A DNA stretch of 64,000 bases from Octopus vulgaris (Eukaryota). The notes beneath the pieces were generated by a model. That model searched no databases. It saw only the letters and a list, made by a program, of their open reading frames with translations, and was not told where the DNA came from. Position 1 is the first letter of the stretch, and every line of letters begins with the position of its first letter. The DNA is taken from positions 21,452,001 through 21,516,000 of the forward strand of contig OX597838.1 of NCBI GenBank assembly GCA_951406725.2, written 5' to 3'. Shown here in pieces: positions 61,218 to 64,000 of this stretch. The position numbers and the translations under genes were made by a program.

Positions 61218-61409
61218 TTTAAAAGCAGCAGAAATTCAACAAAACCTGTTACTCGGAGTTTCACGTTCCCGTTCGTCAGACAGTTTTTGTTAAAATAGAA
61301 CCGATATGCCAATTCTATCAAGACTAGTATAGTTTAAAGCATATTACTCTACCCCTGGTATTTTGGGTACTCTTTTTTCCAACTTGTTTCACATTTATGT
61401 GTTTACTCC

Positions 61410-61412
<3 letters not shown>
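61217..61412. mobile_element. About 200-bp hammerhead-bearing element (Penelope pLTR or retrozyme-like) inserted in (TA)n
   Basis: Unique block bounded on both sides by long (TA)n and containing the hammerhead. Confidence 0.6.
61238..61291 (-). ncRNA. Type I hammerhead ribozyme with intact core
   Basis: Minus strand reads AACAAAAACUGU CUGACGA ACG-GGAA-CGU GAAA CUCCGAG UA ACAGGUUUUGUU: stem I 11/12 bp, stem II 3 bp with GNRA loop, short stem III, GUA site. Confidence 0.8.
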
Positions 61413-61454
<42 letters not shown>

Positions 61455-61474
61455 AATGCGCTCGGTTAAAGCCT

Positions 61475-61695
61475 AGCCATGCTCGGTTTCCCGGTTTCAA
61501 TGGCGTATGTGTTCCCCAGCTGGACGGGACGTCAGTCCATCGCAGCGTTACTCATTTTTGCCAGCTGAGTGGACTGGAGCAACGTGAAATGAAATGTTTT
61601 GCTCAAGAACACAATGCGTCACCCGGTCCAAGAATCGAAACTACAATCTTACGATCGTGATGCTGACACCCTAACCACTAAGCCACGCGCCTCCA
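61475..61695 (-). mobile_element. Family B-related SINE
   Basis: tRNA-like head plus V-domain-like body. Confidence 0.75.
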
Positions 61696-61744
61696 CACAC
61701 GCACGCACACACACACACACACACATATATATATTTATATATAA

Positions 61745-61797
<53 letters not shown>

Positions 61798-61901
61798 CAC
61801 GTGTGTGTATGTGTGAGATGTGTCTGTGCGCGCGCGTATGTTTACACATAGTGGTAACTCACCATGGCTATAATTCCTTGCTGAAACCGATAATAGAATT
61901 A

Positions 61902-61976
<75 letters not shown>

Positions 61977-62302
61977 TTATCTATGCAACTGTATATTGGG
62001 TATCTTAGCAGCACACTGGTATTCTGATTAAGGGTAATATTGGCCTGTTCGCCTAGCCAGCTGGGTGGCATCATTCGAAGTCTGAAATTCGCTCCGTAAT
62101 TGCTCATAGACGATACAAAGAAAACAAGGACAGGTCATTCGAAGTTTTCTTTCCTCAGTCAAGTACCAGATTATCTTCGCAATTTTGGGTGATTATACTT
62201 GAGATTGCTCCAATCTGGCCAGCCCCAAGGAAAAAATTAGCTAAGAAAGCAGCGAATGTATACAAAAACAAGGACGGAAAAAAAAAACTGACAATATTAC
62301 AC

Positions 62303-62700
62303 GGCTGTGTGGTAAGTAGCTTGCTTACCAACCACATGATTCTGGGTTCAGTCCCACTGCGTGGCACTTTGGGTAAGTGTCTTCTACTATAGCCTCGGGC
62401 CGACCAAAGCCTTGTGAGTGGATTTGGTAGATGGAAACTGAAAGAAGCCCATCATATATATATGTATATATATATGTGTGTGTATATGTTTGTGTGTCTT
62501 TGTTTGTCCCCCAACATCGCTTGACAACCGATGCTGACGTGTTTACGTCCCCGTAACTTAGCGGTTCGGCAAAAGAGATCAATAGAATAAGTACTAGGCT
62601 TACAAAGAATAAGTCCCGGGGTCGATTTGCTCGACTAAAGGCGGTGCTCCAGCATGGCCACAGTCAAATGATTGAAACAAGTAAAAGAGTAAAAGAGTAA
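62303..62700 (+). mobile_element. SINE family A
   Basis: Near full-length copy. Confidence 0.85.
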
Positions 62701-62703
62701 ATG

Positions 62704-62762
<59 letters not shown>

Positions 62763-62768
62763 TGTATG

Positions 62769-62810
<42 letters not shown>

Positions 62811-63144
62811 CATGCATATATGTATATATAGATAGCAAAGTAGGGAGACAAGACCAGGTAGATATCAATTCAGTCTCAATAGCATTAATTCCATAGCTTA
62901 AATACTTTATGTAGCAGGTCCCAACAAAATGTAATAGCGTACTTAGTAAAAGTATAAACGGATTTGTCCTTCAAATGCATTGTATTGACAATTATTTAAT
63001 CATTTATTTATTTAATTAACTAATTAAAATAGATATACTCTTAGTAATTAAGCAGAAACATGTGTCGGAAAATTATTTATTTAGATGGATAAATGAATGA
63101 AGGATTATTATATCTGTTTCCGTTGCCTACCTTATTATATATAT

Positions 63145-63226
<82 letters not shown>

Positions 63227-63240
63227 TTTCAAACCTGTCT

Positions 63241-63295
<55 letters not shown>

Positions 63296-63351
63296 GAGGC
63301 AGTAGGGTAGCTGGATGTGTGTATATATATATACACACATATATATACATA

Positions 63352-63390
<39 letters not shown>

Positions 63391-63564
63391 AAATATTAGG
63401 GAATAATAGTGGTTTTATCACTAATTTAATATAATATATATATATATATATATATGCATACAGACTTATATACATGTATGTATGTATAGGTATAGATAGA
63501 TAGATAGATAGCTAGATAGATAAAGAGAGAGAAAGGAATACAAAGAAAAGATTGTACACCTGTG

Positions 63565-63608
<44 letters not shown>

Positions 63609-64000
63609 CATGCATGTATGAGAAAGCATGAAATAATTATACATACCAATGTTGTTATTTTGTTATGAAATCTTTACATTCTCGTTCTATATCACAGATG
63701 GACAGGTGTTGCTCACAAACAAACCTCTACACACCTGATGCGCAGAGAGCGACAGCGAGAGGGAGAGGGAGAGAGAGTGAGAGAGAGAGAGTGGGGGGGG
63801 GAGAAAGTGGGAGAGAAAGCGAAAGATAGGAGGAGAGAGGGAGAAAGAGAGAGAGACATTCAGACAGCGAGGTCACACCTGGATGTTTTATGGATTACCT
63901 TGATGATGCCCATCTTTTACGCATGCGCATGTATTGAATGTAGAAAAAACGAATCAAAATACTCACAAACATGTAAACACACACACACACACACACACAC

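Overview
AT-rich, microsatellite-dense eukaryotic DNA. The SINE families, mariner/piggyBac MITEs and Penelope remnants point to a coleoid cephalopod, most likely octopus (inference). Two convergent protein-coding genes are present: a 13-coding-exon TMCO4/DUF726 alpha/beta-hydrolase-fold gene on + (CDS about 1302-27685, 740 aa as assembled by hand, all GT-AG with consistent phases) and a class A GPCR with a single coding exon on - (48993-50090). Almost everything else is repeat-derived: four SINE families, RTE/CR1/Penelope fragments, mariner and Tc1 relics, nested piggyBac elements, a non-autonomous Helitron and large microsatellites; most ORFs in the track are microsatellite artefacts. Highlights: a type I hammerhead ribozyme with an intact core (61238-61291, -); a Penelope-type minimal hammerhead family whose copy on the TMCO4 sense strand has lost its cleavage triplet; a complex templated insertion carrying a copy of part of the TMCO4 last exon; two fold-back mariners (one with two 5' ends, one with two 3' ends); and a three-level piggyBac nest. 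All alignments, counts and folds were done by eye.
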